From Candidatus Avitreponema avistercoris (GTDB lineage: Bacteria; Spirochaetota; Spirochaetia; Treponematales; Treponemataceae): a stretch of 64,000 bases of DNA. Under the pieces are notes generated by a model that worked only from the letters and a program-made list of their open reading frames with translations, was not told the DNA's origin and did not search any database. Shown here one piece after another: positions 36,529 through 45,737 of the stretch (position 1 is the first letter of the stretch; each line of letters begins with the position of its first letter). The translations under genes and the position numbers were made by a program. The stretch is from contig JADIMS010000011.1 in assembly GCA_017694555.1 (NCBI GenBank), forward strand, positions 4,880 through 68,879. Reading direction: 5' to 3'.

Positions 36529-36564
36529 GCCGGTAAAATAGAAAAATGTACGGAGCGGCCTGAC

Positions 36565-38034
36565 ATGGATGAATTGAAAGAGCATTGCGGGGTTGCCGGT
36601 GTGTATCTTTCCGGCGGCGGCGACGGCGCTTCCAAACTCGTGTATTATGCATTGCAGTCGTTGCAGCACCGGGGGCAGGAAAGCGCAGGCATTGCGGTTT
36701 CAGACGGTGAACGTATCGAGCACTACAAGAACATGGGACTGGTCAGCGAAGTGTTCGACCGCGGACGGCTTGCGGAGCTGAAAGGGCATATTGCGATCGG
36801 GCATACGCTGTATTCAACATCAGGAAGGGCGGCGATAGAAAATGCGCAGCCCTTTGTTTCCCGGTCCAAGCTCGGGACGGTTGCGGTTGCGCACAATGGA
36901 AGTTTGGTGAATACGGAGCCGATGCGCGAATTCCTGGAAGAGACCGGTTCGTCCTTCACGTCAACCAGCGATTCCGAAGTAATTATCAAGCTCATCGCAA
37001 AAAATTACAAGAAAGGGCTGGAGCGTGCAATTACGGATACGATCCAGCTGATCAAGGGTTCGTTCGCGCTTTGTGTGATGACGGAGCAAAAACTGATCGG
37101 CGTGCGGGATCCGAACGGTATCCGCCCGCTGTGTCTGGGCAAAGTGCAGAACGGCTGGATGCTTGCCAGCGAGTCCTGCGCCATCGACGCGGTCGGCGGC
37201 GATTTTGTGCGGGACATCGATCCCGGTGAAATTGTCATCATCAACGAAGACGGCGTGCTCTCCTTCAAATTCGGGGAGAAAACATCCAAAAAACTCTGCG
37301 TGTTTGAATACGTGTATTTTGCGCGCCCGGATTCCATTGTGGACAACATCGGCGTATTGGAAGCGCGGATGAAAATGGGCGAAGTGCTGGCGCGGGAATC
37401 CCCGGCGGCCGCGGACGTTGTAATCGGCGTTCCCGATTCCGGACTTGGTTCGGCTATGGGATATTCGCGCGCTTCCGGCATTCCGTACGCGATGGGTATC
37501 GTGAAAAACAAATATATCGGACGCACGTTTATTGCGCCGACGCAGGAAGCGCGGGAGCAGATGGTGTTCGTCAAGCTGAATGCGCTGAAAAGCGATGTGT
37601 GCGGAAAGCGGGTGATTATCATCGACGACTCCATTGTCCGCGGTACGACAAGCCGCCGGTTGATCCGTCTGCTGCGTAAAGCCGGCGCGAAGGAAGTGCA
37701 TTTCCGTATTTCTTCCCCGCCGGTAAAATTTCCCTGTTATCTGGGTATTGATACGCCGGAACGCGCCGGTTTGATTTCCGCAAACCACGACGTGGAAGAA
37801 ATCCGCAAAGAAATCGGCGCGGATTCCCTGGCTTTTATTTCCCTGGAAGGAATGCTGGAAGCGCTGCGTTCTTCGCTCCGTTTCCCGGAAGACAGCGGCG
37901 CTGAAGATGCCGGCGGCGAAGATTTTGCCGCACGCCGTAAAATCCGGCTGGAAGCCTGCGGTTTCTGTCAGGGATGCTTTACCGGTGAATATCCGATGCC
38001 CATGATCGGGGAGATCGGCAAACGGGATTCGTAG
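36565..38034 (+). CDS. purF: amidophosphoribosyltransferase
   Basis: N-terminal nucleophile context EHCGVAGVY, PRTase motif VIIIDDSIVRGTT, and C-terminal Cys residues. Confidence 0.9.
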   Translation: MDELKEHCGVAGVYLSGGGDGASKLVYYALQSLQHRGQESAGIAVSDGERIEHYKNMGLVSEVFDRGRLAELKGHIAIGHTLYSTSGRAAIENAQPFVSRSKLGTVAVAHNGSLVNTEPMREFLEETGSSFTSTSDSEVIIKLIAKNYKKGLERAITDTIQLIKGSFALCVMTEQKLIGVRDPNGIRPLCLGKVQNGWMLASESCAIDAVGGDFVRDIDPGEIVIINEDGVLSFKFGEKTSKKLCVFEYVYFARPDSIVDNIGVLEARMKMGEVLARESPAAADVVIGVPDSGLGSAMGYSRASGIPYAMGIVKNKYIGRTFIAPTQEAREQMVFVKLNALKSDVCGKRVIIIDDSIVRGTTSRRLIRLLRKAGAKEVHFRISSPPVKFPCYLGIDTPERAGLISANHDVEEIRKEIGADSLAFISLEGMLEALRSSLRFPEDSGAEDAGGEDFAARRKIRLEACGFCQGCFTGEYPMPMIGEIGKRDS

Positions 38035-38076
38035 TGAAGCTTTGCTTCGCTATTTGGACTGCAAAAGGAGATTTGG

Positions 38077-39096
38077 ATGGATTACAGGCAATCCGGCGTG
38101 AATGTGGAAGAAGGTTACCGCGCCGTCGGGAAATATAAGGAAAGCGCCGGGCGGACTGTTGTTCCCGGCGTCCTGAACGGTCTGGGAAGTTTCGCCGGTA
38201 TGTTTTCCGTCCCGTCCGGCTATGTCAATCCGGTTTTGGTTTCCGGTACGGACGGCGTAGGCACAAAGCTGGAAGTGGCTTTCGCTATGCAAAAATACGG
38301 CACGGTCGGGATTGACTGTGTGGCCATGTGCGTCAACGATATTTTGTGCCACGGTGCAAAACCGCTGTTTTTTTTGGATTATCTGGCCTGCGGAAAACTT
38401 TCAGCTGAAGTTGCTGCGGAGCTTGTCTCCGGCGTTGCGGAAGGATGCGTACAGTCCGGCGCGGCGCTGCTGGGCGGCGAAACGGCGGAAATGCCCGGGT
38501 TTTACGGCGAAGGCAAATACGATATTGCCGGTTTTGCAGTGGGTATTGCGGAAAAAGAAAGGCTGATTGACGGCAGTTCTATTGCGGCTGGAGACGTCCT
38601 GATCGGACTGGCTTCCAGCGGCATTCATTCCAACGGATTTTCGCTGGTGCGGCGCCTTATCCGCCCGGAGGAATATACCGCGCCGTTCGGCCCTTCTTTG
38701 TTGGGGGATGTCCTTTTGGAGCCGACCCGGATTTACGTCAAGCCCGTGCTTGAGTGGCTGGAAAAATTTCCCGTACACGGTATGGCGCACATCACGGGCG
38801 GCGGCTTTTTTGAAAATATCCCGCGTATGTTCAAAGCCGGCAGTCTGCTGGCAGCGCAGATTGATTCCGGCAGTTGGCCGGTTCCCGGAATTTTCGGCGA
38901 ATTGGTCAAACGCGGCGCGGATGCGGACCGGATGTACCATACCTTCAATATGGGCGTCGGGTTTGTGCTTGCCGTTCCGGAAACGTGCGCGTCCGATGCG
39001 CTTGCATTTTTCAACGGCGCCGGATTCCCCGCCTACAGAATCGGATCGGTCGCGGAACGGACGGAAAACCAGCCCCCGCTGTTTTTTGCGGACTGA
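38077..39096 (+). CDS. purM: phosphoribosylformylglycinamidine cyclo-ligase (AIR synthetase)
   Basis: YRQSGVNVEEG, GTDGVGTKL and DYLACGKL motifs. Confidence 0.9.
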   Translation: MDYRQSGVNVEEGYRAVGKYKESAGRTVVPGVLNGLGSFAGMFSVPSGYVNPVLVSGTDGVGTKLEVAFAMQKYGTVGIDCVAMCVNDILCHGAKPLFFLDYLACGKLSAEVAAELVSGVAEGCVQSGAALLGGETAEMPGFYGEGKYDIAGFAVGIAEKERLIDGSSIAAGDVLIGLASSGIHSNGFSLVRRLIRPEEYTAPFGPSLLGDVLLEPTRIYVKPVLEWLEKFPVHGMAHITGGGFFENIPRMFKAGSLLAAQIDSGSWPVPGIFGELVKRGADADRMYHTFNMGVGFVLAVPETCASDALAFFNGAGFPAYRIGSVAERTENQPPLFFAD

Positions 39097-39103
39097 GGAT
39101 ACC

Positions 39104-39415
39104 GTGCGCTTCCCGCAATTTGTGAGCGAACGCATCGAGCCGTGTTCTGCGGATTTTGACGCCGCGGCCATGGCTTCCGGCTGCCCGGGCGTGCCGCTCC
39201 GTTTCCGCTGGCGCGGGGAAGAAATCTGCGTGCGGAGCGTTCTGTCGTCTGAAAAAACAATCCGTCCCTGCCGCAACGGTTCTTCAGACCGGTATATTGA
39301 CAAGCATATTTACCGTGTGGAAACCGAAGACGGAAGGGTGATGACGCTTTACCGCCACCGTACCGGAAAAAGGAGGGACGTATGGACGCTGTTCACAATC
39401 GGACCGGTGCAGTAA
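39104..39415 (+). CDS. small hypothetical protein embedded in the pur operon
   Basis: GTG 39104 lies 8 nt after the purM stop. The 103-aa frame runs 34 nt into purN. Sequence: ...PLRFRWRGEEICVRSVL...HIYRVETEDGRVMTLYRH...WTLFTI. The family is not recognised with confidence. Confidence 0.4.
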   Translation: MRFPQFVSERIEPCSADFDAAAMASGCPGVPLRFRWRGEEICVRSVLSSEKTIRPCRNGSSDRYIDKHIYRVETEDGRVMTLYRHRTGKRRDVWTLFTIGPVQ

Positions 39416-40065
39416 AACTCGCGGTTCTGGTTTCCGGCGGCGGGACGAATTTGCAGGCATTGATCGACCGGGAGCGGAATACGCCGGACGGCGCGCCCTG
39501 TCCGTTCCGGATAGAACTCGTGGTTTCCAGTTCCCCGTCGGCATTTGCATTGGAACGCGCCGCCAAATCCGGTATCCGGACGGAAACCGTAACGCCCTCT
39601 TCGGTACTGGGGGAAAAGGCAGCGTCTGCTTCCAAGGAAGAAAAACGGTGTGCAGTCTCTGACCGGATTCTGGAACTGCTCCGGCGTGAAAACATCGCAG
39701 GCGTTGTGCTGGCCGGTTTCCTCACGGTGCTGCGCGGCCCGCTGGTTGAAGTTTACGCCGGGCGCATCATTAATCTGCATCCGGCTCTTTTGCCGAAGTT
39801 CGGCGGTTTCGGTATGTGGGGGCGGCATGTGCATGAGGCGGTTTTGGCGGCCGGTGAAACGGAATCCGGCTGTACCATCCACTACGCGGACGGCGGATGC
39901 GATACGGGCGCCATTCTTCTGCAAAAACGTGTTCCGGTAAATCCGGGCGATACGCCGGAAACGCTCGCCGCCCGCATTGCCGTGCAGGAACATCAGGCGG
40001 TTGTAGAGGGCGCGGAACTTCTCGCAGAAAAAATTGCGCGGGAAGAATCCGTTCCCGGCGTATGA
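39382..40065 (+). CDS. purN: phosphoribosylglycinamide formyltransferase
   Basis: KLAVLVSGGGTNLQALID and INLHPALLPKFGG motifs. Confidence 0.85.
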   Translation: MDAVHNRTGAVKLAVLVSGGGTNLQALIDRERNTPDGAPCPFRIELVVSSSPSAFALERAAKSGIRTETVTPSSVLGEKAASASKEEKRCAVSDRILELLRRENIAGVVLAGFLTVLRGPLVEVYAGRIINLHPALLPKFGGFGMWGRHVHEAVLAAGETESGCTIHYADGGCDTGAILLQKRVPVNPGDTPETLAARIAVQEHQAVVEGAELLAEKIAREESVPGV

Positions 40066-40075
40066 CGTCTGCCAT

Positions 40076-40531
40076 TCAGCACACTGCGGGTTTCCCCTCC
40101 GGGGCGGGAAGCGGTGTTTTTTTTCCTTCCGCATCGACGGCGCAGAATGTCACCAAATTGGAAAAAATCAGCTCTTCACCGTCATGATCCGGTTCGCGCG
40201 CATATACCTCTACGGCGTATGTGACGGAAGTCGTGCCGGTATGGCTCCGGCGGATACTGAAGCGGAGGACGGATCCGGGAACCACGGTTTTTTTGAATTC
40301 GATTTTCTCCATCGCCCTGGTGACGAGAATGGAATGCCGGTAATCCGAGATGGCTGCAATCCAGGCGAATTCGTCCACCCATTTCAAAAGTTGTCCGCCG
40401 AACAGTTTTCCGTTGTGATTCAAATGTTCCGTAAGAACCAGCGTGTAATTTTCCATGCAGTTTTCCATGTACGCAGAATACCATGAAAATGCGGAAGTTT
40501 GAATCGTTTTCCCCTTTCCTTTCTGCTCCAT
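40076..40531 (-). CDS. acyl-CoA thioesterase (hotdog fold); start uncertain (alternatives at 40468 and 40456)
   Basis: LTEHLNHNGKLFGGQLLKWVDEFAWIAA is typical of the YciA/Acot-type hotdog. Confidence 0.7.
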   Translation of the reverse strand: MEQKGKGKTIQTSAFSWYSAYMENCMENYTLVLTEHLNHNGKLFGGQLLKWVDEFAWIAAISDYRHSILVTRAMEKIEFKKTVVPGSVLRFSIRRSHTGTTSVTYAVEVYAREPDHDGEELIFSNLVTFCAVDAEGKKTPLPAPEGKPAVC

Positions 40532-40573
40532 CGGGGGTATAGTGGAAGTGCGCGGAATGCGCGGGAGGATGAA

Positions 40574-41182
40574 ATGGATTTGTCAGCGATGAATAAAATC
40601 AGTTACGGGCTTTTTGTGTTGGCCGCGCGGGACGGGGAAAAGGATAACGGCTGTATCATCAATACGGTGATTCAGGTTACCGCCGCGCCGAACCGGATTG
40701 CCTTTGCCGTCAACAAAAGCAACTATACGCACGATATTATTCAAAAAACGAAGCTGTTTACGGTGTCGGTCCTGGATGAAAGCGCGCGTTTCGGTACGTT
40801 TCAGAATTTCGGATTCCAGTCCGGCAGAACGGCAGAGAAATTCGCAGAAATTGAATTTGCCCGCGGTCCGAACGGGATTGCCTATCTGACGCGGGAATGC
40901 TGCGCCTGGATCAGCGGCAGGGTTTCTTCCACAGTGGATCTGGGAACGCATACGCTGTTTATTGCCGATGTAGAAGACTGTGCGCTGCTTTCGGAAAATC
41001 CTCCGGTTACGTATGCGTTTTACCATGCAAACATCAAACCGAAACAGCCTGCCCCTGCCGGAGAAAAAAAGAAAGGCTTTATTTGCGTAATTTGCGGTTA
41101 TATTTACGAGGGGGATGTTTTGCCGCCGGATTTTATCTGCCCGGTTTGCAAGCACCCGGCTTCGGATTTTAAGCCTTTGTAA
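40574..41182 (+). CDS. flavin reductase-like domain fused to a C-terminal rubredoxin
   Basis: ATG 40574 follows GGGAGG. The N-terminus is Flavin_Reduct-like (ISYGLFVLAARDGEKDNGCIINT). The C-terminus has CVICGYIYEG...CPVCKHP. Confidence 0.75.
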   Translation: MDLSAMNKISYGLFVLAARDGEKDNGCIINTVIQVTAAPNRIAFAVNKSNYTHDIIQKTKLFTVSVLDESARFGTFQNFGFQSGRTAEKFAEIEFARGPNGIAYLTRECCAWISGRVSSTVDLGTHTLFIADVEDCALLSENPPVTYAFYHANIKPKQPAPAGEKKKGFICVICGYIYEGDVLPPDFICPVCKHPASDFKPL

Positions 41183-41199
41183 ACGCGGCTGTTCCGGAT

Positions 41200-42540
41200 T
41201 CAGAACGAGATAATTTCTCCGAAAACTTGAATCGCAAACAAGTCTGTCATACCGGAGATATATTCAATCACGCATTTCCGGTATGACCGGCCGTCCGCTA
41301 TATCAAATACAGGACGCCGGTTTCCCGCTGTGCCTGCATCCTGTTTGCCGCGCGCCCGGTCTTCCGCCGCCGGCCGTCCGGGCACATGGGGAACGTAAGC
41401 CGTATATTTTTCCAGCCATTCGGTGAATGTTCCGCAAAGGTTCGGATAGGGCTGCAAAACCTGTTGTGCCCGTCCGCTTTTTACAAACGGATATGCTTTC
41501 AGCAGCGTATGCCAGATTGTGCGCAGAACGCCGGCTGCATAATTCTGGAATTCCAGCAGCCGCCAGTGGGAATAAATATACTGGAAGCTGAATTTTTTCA
41601 GCTCCAGAACGAATTGGAAATACTCCGGGGAAAAGCACAATCCATCCTGCGGGGAACTTTGGCGGCAAAGGTCTACAATCAGGTCGTTGATGAGCACCGT
41701 TGTGTTCACGGTGGTTTTTCCCGCGCCGTTTTTTCCGGTTCTCCGGAGGCAGTCGCCGGTGATTTCCTTGAGACGGCGGTGCGCTTTAATGTCCAAAATC
41801 CGGTACAGCCGCGCGTCTTCCAAATCCCGGCCCAGATAGGCGATTTTGTCGGCGGTTTTTACCACACATCCTTCCCAGGTATATGGCTGGACGCTGCCCG
41901 GCTTTTTGATGCGGTAAAGGTCGCCGGCTTCCGTGCGCGGACGAATACCTTGCTGGTCGATTTCGCCGCAATGGCAGATCAGTCCGTCGCGTACGGCATA
42001 CGTCAGGTTGAGCGGCTTTTCATTCCCCTGCGGATCGGGCAGCGTTTCGATATAATCGGCAAAAAACAGGCTGTTCCGCTCGTGCCAGAATTTTTTTCCG
42101 CCGGCGGATTTTCCGCCGGTTTCCTGCTCTCCGTCTTCCTGCAAGATGCGGTTCAGACAGTCTTCTCCGTGGTGGCCGAACGGCGGGTGCCCGATGTCGT
42201 GCCCGATTGCGATGGCCGACGTCAGGCTGTCGTTCAGTCCGAGGTATCTGGCGATGGTTCCCGCGACCGACTCCACATGGAGCACGTGTTCCATGCGCGT
42301 ACAGGTATGGTCGTTTTTCGGGGCAAAAAACACCTGCGTTTTGTGCTTGAGGCGGCGGAATGCCTGGCAATGCAGAAGCCGCGTGTAGTCCCGTTCGAAT
42401 TCACTGCGGATGTCGTTGTTGCGCGCATAAATCGGAATTTGCCGCCGCCGCGCCTCTTCTCCCCTGGCTGCGGAATTCCCTGCGCCGCCGCTTTCCGCCG
42501 CAGAACCGGGCGTCCGTTCCTGTGCAAAAGAGTCTTTCAT
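41200..42540 (-). CDS. dGTP triphosphohydrolase-like HD-domain protein
   Basis: RSEFERDYTRLLHCQAFRRLKHKTQVF, then H...HD metal motifs (TRMEHVLHV, IGHDIGHPPFGH). Confidence 0.8.
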   Translation of the reverse strand: MKDSFAQERTPGSAAESGGAGNSAARGEEARRRQIPIYARNNDIRSEFERDYTRLLHCQAFRRLKHKTQVFFAPKNDHTCTRMEHVLHVESVAGTIARYLGLNDSLTSAIAIGHDIGHPPFGHHGEDCLNRILQEDGEQETGGKSAGGKKFWHERNSLFFADYIETLPDPQGNEKPLNLTYAVRDGLICHCGEIDQQGIRPRTEAGDLYRIKKPGSVQPYTWEGCVVKTADKIAYLGRDLEDARLYRILDIKAHRRLKEITGDCLRRTGKNGAGKTTVNTTVLINDLIVDLCRQSSPQDGLCFSPEYFQFVLELKKFSFQYIYSHWRLLEFQNYAAGVLRTIWHTLLKAYPFVKSGRAQQVLQPYPNLCGTFTEWLEKYTAYVPHVPGRPAAEDRARGKQDAGTAGNRRPVFDIADGRSYRKCVIEYISGMTDLFAIQVFGEIISF

Positions 42541-42561
42541 GCATCCTCCCGGTGCCTGCCG

Positions 42562-43638
42562 TCAGTCCGCCGTATCCCCTGCCTGCAGCTGGGCTTCCCG
42601 GGCGGCGATGCACAGCGCTTCGATGAGTTCGTCCAAATCCCCCTGCATGACGGCGTCCAGTTTGTACAGCGTCAGATTGATCCTGTGGTCGGTAACCCGG
42701 TTTTGCGGGAAGTTGTACGTGCGGATGCGCTCCGAACGGTCCCCGGATCCGATCTGGCTGCGGCGGTTTTCTGCCCGCTCGGCATTTTTTTTGTTTTCTT
42801 CCAATTCAAACAGCCGGGTACGCAGAACGCGCATGGCTTTTGCCTTGTTTTTGATCTGGCTTTTTTCGTCCTGCTGAATGACGACAAGACCGGTGGGAAT
42901 ATGTGTGATGCGGACTGCGGAATCCGTCGTGTTGACGCATTGTCCGCCCGGCCCTCCGGCGCGCATCACGTCAATGCGCAAATCTTCCTGCCGGATGTTG
43001 ATTTCGGTTTCCTCCGCTTCCGGAAGAACGGCCACTGTAGCCGCGCTGGTCTGGATTCTGCCCGACGCTTCCGTTTCCGGAACACGCTGTACGCGGTGCA
43101 CGCCGGATTCATAACGCAGACTGCCGTACACGTATTTTCCGGAAACCGACAGCGTGACTTCTTTATATCCGCCCAGTTCCGTTTCGTTTGCGCTCAGGAT
43201 TTCGTATTTCCAGCCTTTGCGTTCAGCATAACGCGCATACATTTTAAACAAATCGGCGGCGAACAGTGCGGCTTCTTCCCCGCCTGTTCCGCCCCGGATT
43301 TCCATAATAATGTTTTTTTCTTCCAGCGGATCCGGCGGAATCAGCAGCGTTTTGAGCCGCACGGTACTTTCCGCCAGTTTGGTTTCCAGATCCTTCTGTT
43401 CGGCTTTCGCCATATCCCGCATTTCCGGATCTTCGCTGTCCCTGGCCATGATTTTTGCATCTTCCAGTTCTTTTTCCAGCCGCAGGAATACGTCATACTC
43501 GGCCATCAGCGCGGAAAGATACGTATGCTCCCGCATGAGTTCCTTGTATTTGGCGGGATTTTTGACAAGCTCCGGATTCTGGATTTCAGTTTCCGTTTCC
43601 CGGAAGCGGACGCGCAGCCGCGCAAGGCGATCTTTCAT
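42562..43638 (-). CDS. prfA: peptide chain release factor 1
   Basis: GGQ motif ([24 protein letters not shown]) and the RF1-type tripeptide region RVQRVPETE. Confidence 0.92.
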   Translation of the reverse strand: MKDRLARLRVRFRETETEIQNPELVKNPAKYKELMREHTYLSALMAEYDVFLRLEKELEDAKIMARDSEDPEMRDMAKAEQKDLETKLAESTVRLKTLLIPPDPLEEKNIIMEIRGGTGGEEAALFAADLFKMYARYAERKGWKYEILSANETELGGYKEVTLSVSGKYVYGSLRYESGVHRVQRVPETEASGRIQTSAATVAVLPEAEETEINIRQEDLRIDVMRAGGPGGQCVNTTDSAVRITHIPTGLVVIQQDEKSQIKNKAKAMRVLRTRLFELEENKKNAERAENRRSQIGSGDRSERIRTYNFPQNRVTDHRINLTLYKLDAVMQGDLDELIEALCIAAREAQLQAGDTAD

Positions 43639-43704
43639 ACGGAGACTATACCAAAAAGACGGGGGAAAGTACAGCCGAAGGGCAGCCGGACGGCGGAAGC
43701 GCGG

Positions 43705-44556
43705 TCAGTTCCGGAAGGAATCCCGCGATTCAAATTCGGAGAGCGCCTGATCTACTTCCGGTACGCCGGTTTTCCGGCGGAATAACCGGAATATGTCCGG
43801 CTTGCCTGTGCTTTCTTTGGTTTTGGGCGCTTCCCGCGCCGGTTGAACCGGGCGGCTTACCGGCTGCACGCGGTTTCCCGGCGCCGCCGGATCGTAAACC
43901 GGCCCGTTTTCCTTTTCCGCAGTACGGGGGGTTCTGTCCGCACTGCGGGCGGAAGCGGCTGCGGTTTTCTTTTGGCGTACAGAAACCGGCGCGGCAAAAA
44001 AACCGAACAGGCTTCCGCACAGACCGCCGGCCAGATGGGCAAACTGGGAAACGCTGTTGTATTCAAATGCGGCTGCAATTTCGCGCCCCAAAAACAGGAT
44101 AACCACCAGGATAAATGTCAGCGGAATTTCCTTTTTTTTCCGGTTTGTGAACGAACTGAGCAGCACCATCATAAACACCACGCCGGATGCGCCGAGAAGC
44201 GGGCTGGTGAAAAAACACACATTGATGACGCCGGTGGCAAAACCGGTCACCAGAATCATCAGGGCCAAATTCAGCGGCCCGTACACACTTTCCAGCAGCG
44301 GCCCCAGAATCAAAATATACGACAGATTGCCCAGCAGGTGCGCCCATCCGGCGTGTCCGAAAATATGCGTGACAAGCAGCAGGTAATGCCGCGGATTGGA
44401 CGGCTGGAAGCTGACGGAAGAAGGCACGGTGAAAAATTCCTCCGTCAGCGGATATGTACTGCCGGACAGGGGGAGCATATAATTGCTGATTCCGAATACC
44501 GCAAAGGCAATCAGCGAAAATGTCAGCGTAACCGGCGCGTTGTATTTGATTTTCAC
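43705..44556 (-). CDS. rhomboid-family intramembrane serine protease with Pro/Arg-rich C-terminal tail
   Basis: HIFGHAGWAHLLGN and GASGVVFMM motifs. GTG 44556 overlaps the xth stop (GTGA). The longer listed ORF (to 44709) overlaps xth. Confidence 0.75.
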   Translation of the reverse strand: MKIKYNAPVTLTFSLIAFAVFGISNYMLPLSGSTYPLTEEFFTVPSSVSFQPSNPRHYLLLVTHIFGHAGWAHLLGNLSYILILGPLLESVYGPLNLALMILVTGFATGVINVCFFTSPLLGASGVVFMMVLLSSFTNRKKKEIPLTFILVVILFLGREIAAAFEYNSVSQFAHLAGGLCGSLFGFFAAPVSVRQKKTAAASARSADRTPRTAEKENGPVYDPAAPGNRVQPVSRPVQPAREAPKTKESTGKPDIFRLFRRKTGVPEVDQALSEFESRDSFRN

Positions 44557-45329
44557 CGCAGCACCAGCTTTACAGGGCAATGGTCGGATCCGTACACGTC
44601 GTGCAGAATCCGGGAGTCTGCCACCTGCGGCAAAAACCCGGGATTTACGCAGTGATAGTCGATCCGCCAGCCGATGTTCTTCTCGCGCGCATGGAAGCGG
44701 TAACTCCACCAGCTGTACCGGTGCGGTTCGGCACAGAACGTGCGGAATGTGTCCACATAGCCGGCCTGCAGGAAGCTGTCCATCCAGGCCCTCTCTTCCG
44801 GCAAATATCCCGGGTTTTTTTCATTTCCGGTCGGATTCGCCAGATCGATGGGCTTGTGCGCGATGTTGTAATCCCCGCAAAGCACGAGGTTCCTTCCGCC
44901 GGCGGCAAGCTTGTCGCAGTATTCGCGGATAGCGGCGCAGAATTCCAGTTTATATGAAAGGCGGGCGCCTCCGTCCTGGGAGTTGGGAAAATAAGCCGAA
45001 ATTACGGAAAAACCGTCAAAATGCGCGGCTGTCACGCGGCCTTCTGCATCAAATTCCGGCACGCCGAGGGGGCCTGTGTCCAGCGGTTCTTCCCGCGCGA
45101 ATATTGCGGTTCCCGAATAGCCTTTTTTCTTTGCCGGAGACCACCATGTCCGGTACCGCAGGCCTCCGCCGAAGTCCGGCGCGGTCAGTTCCGGCGGCAG
45201 CTGGCCGGGTTCCGCTTTGATTTCCTGCAGGCAGAGAATGTCCGGCGCTTCCGTTTTCAGCCACTCCGAAAATCCTTTTTTGTCTGCGGCGCGGATTCCA
45301 TTCACGTTCCAGGAAACAATCGTTTTCAT
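44553..45329 (-). CDS. xth: exodeoxyribonuclease III
   Basis: MKTIVSWNVNGIRA, LCLQEIK and GSDHCPV motifs. Confidence 0.9.
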   Translation of the reverse strand: MKTIVSWNVNGIRAADKKGFSEWLKTEAPDILCLQEIKAEPGQLPPELTAPDFGGGLRYRTWWSPAKKKGYSGTAIFAREEPLDTGPLGVPEFDAEGRVTAAHFDGFSVISAYFPNSQDGGARLSYKLEFCAAIREYCDKLAAGGRNLVLCGDYNIAHKPIDLANPTGNEKNPGYLPEERAWMDSFLQAGYVDTFRTFCAEPHRYSWWSYRFHAREKNIGWRIDYHCVNPGFLPQVADSRILHDVYGSDHCPVKLVLR

Positions 45330-45408
45330 CGACTATATAATGCAGGAAACTGCGCCGGTTTTCAAGTAATGTATTGTTTCCTTTCCGGTTTTGAAGTATT
45401 TTTATACT

Positions 45409-45717
45409 ATGAACGAAATCAGCCCGCGGGCGTCCGGACTGCCGGATTGTTCCGCGTACGAAGGGCCGGATTTTCCGGCAAAAAAGAAGGTTTTGCTGCT
45501 CAACGACGACTTCACGACGCAGGATTTTGTCGTGGCGGTGCTGATGCTGATTTTCCATAAAAGCGGGGAAGAAGCCGTTGCGCTGATGGAAACCGTGCAC
45601 CGTACAGGCAAAGGGTATGTCGGGGAATATCCGTACGATATTGCCGCCACAAAGTGCGCGCAGGTGCGGAAAGCTGCCAAAGAGCGCGGTTTCCCGCTCC
45701 GCTGTATACTGGAGTAA
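45409..45717 (+). CDS. clpS: ATP-dependent Clp protease adaptor ClpS
   Basis: VLLLNDDFTTQDFVVAVLMLIFH...A..LM..VH..G core. The listed ORF starts at TTG 45391; ATG 45409 is preferred. Confidence 0.8.
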   Translation: MNEISPRASGLPDCSAYEGPDFPAKKKVLLLNDDFTTQDFVVAVLMLIFHKSGEEAVALMETVHRTGKGYVGEYPYDIAATKCAQVRKAAKERGFPLRCILE

Positions 45718-45737
45718 TCGGACGCCGGAGAAACAAA

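Noticed and set aside
41200-42540. The dGTPase-like HD protein as a nucleotide-depletion anti-phage effector. I also considered adenine deaminase (1513-3228) next to a methyltransferase as a deaminase-based defence pair.
   Set aside because: Both are single genes in housekeeping contexts (next to prfA, and next to gpmI) with standard lengths and motifs for the metabolic enzymes. No other defence-associated genes are nearby.
41386-43785. A second 799-aa ORF, on the plus strand, antisense to the dGTPase-like gene, prfA and the rhomboid 3' end. Its identical 2400-nt length looked suspicious.
   Set aside because: It has the same antisense-frame composition. It spans two intergenic gaps of the real genes and has no recognisable domains. 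The equal length appears coincidental, since the two sequences are unrelated by eye.
45403-45408. A TATACT hexamer directly abutting the clpS ATG, considered as a promoter.
   Set aside because: A -10 box that touches the start codon would place the transcription start inside the gene. No usable -35 or TG extension is present.
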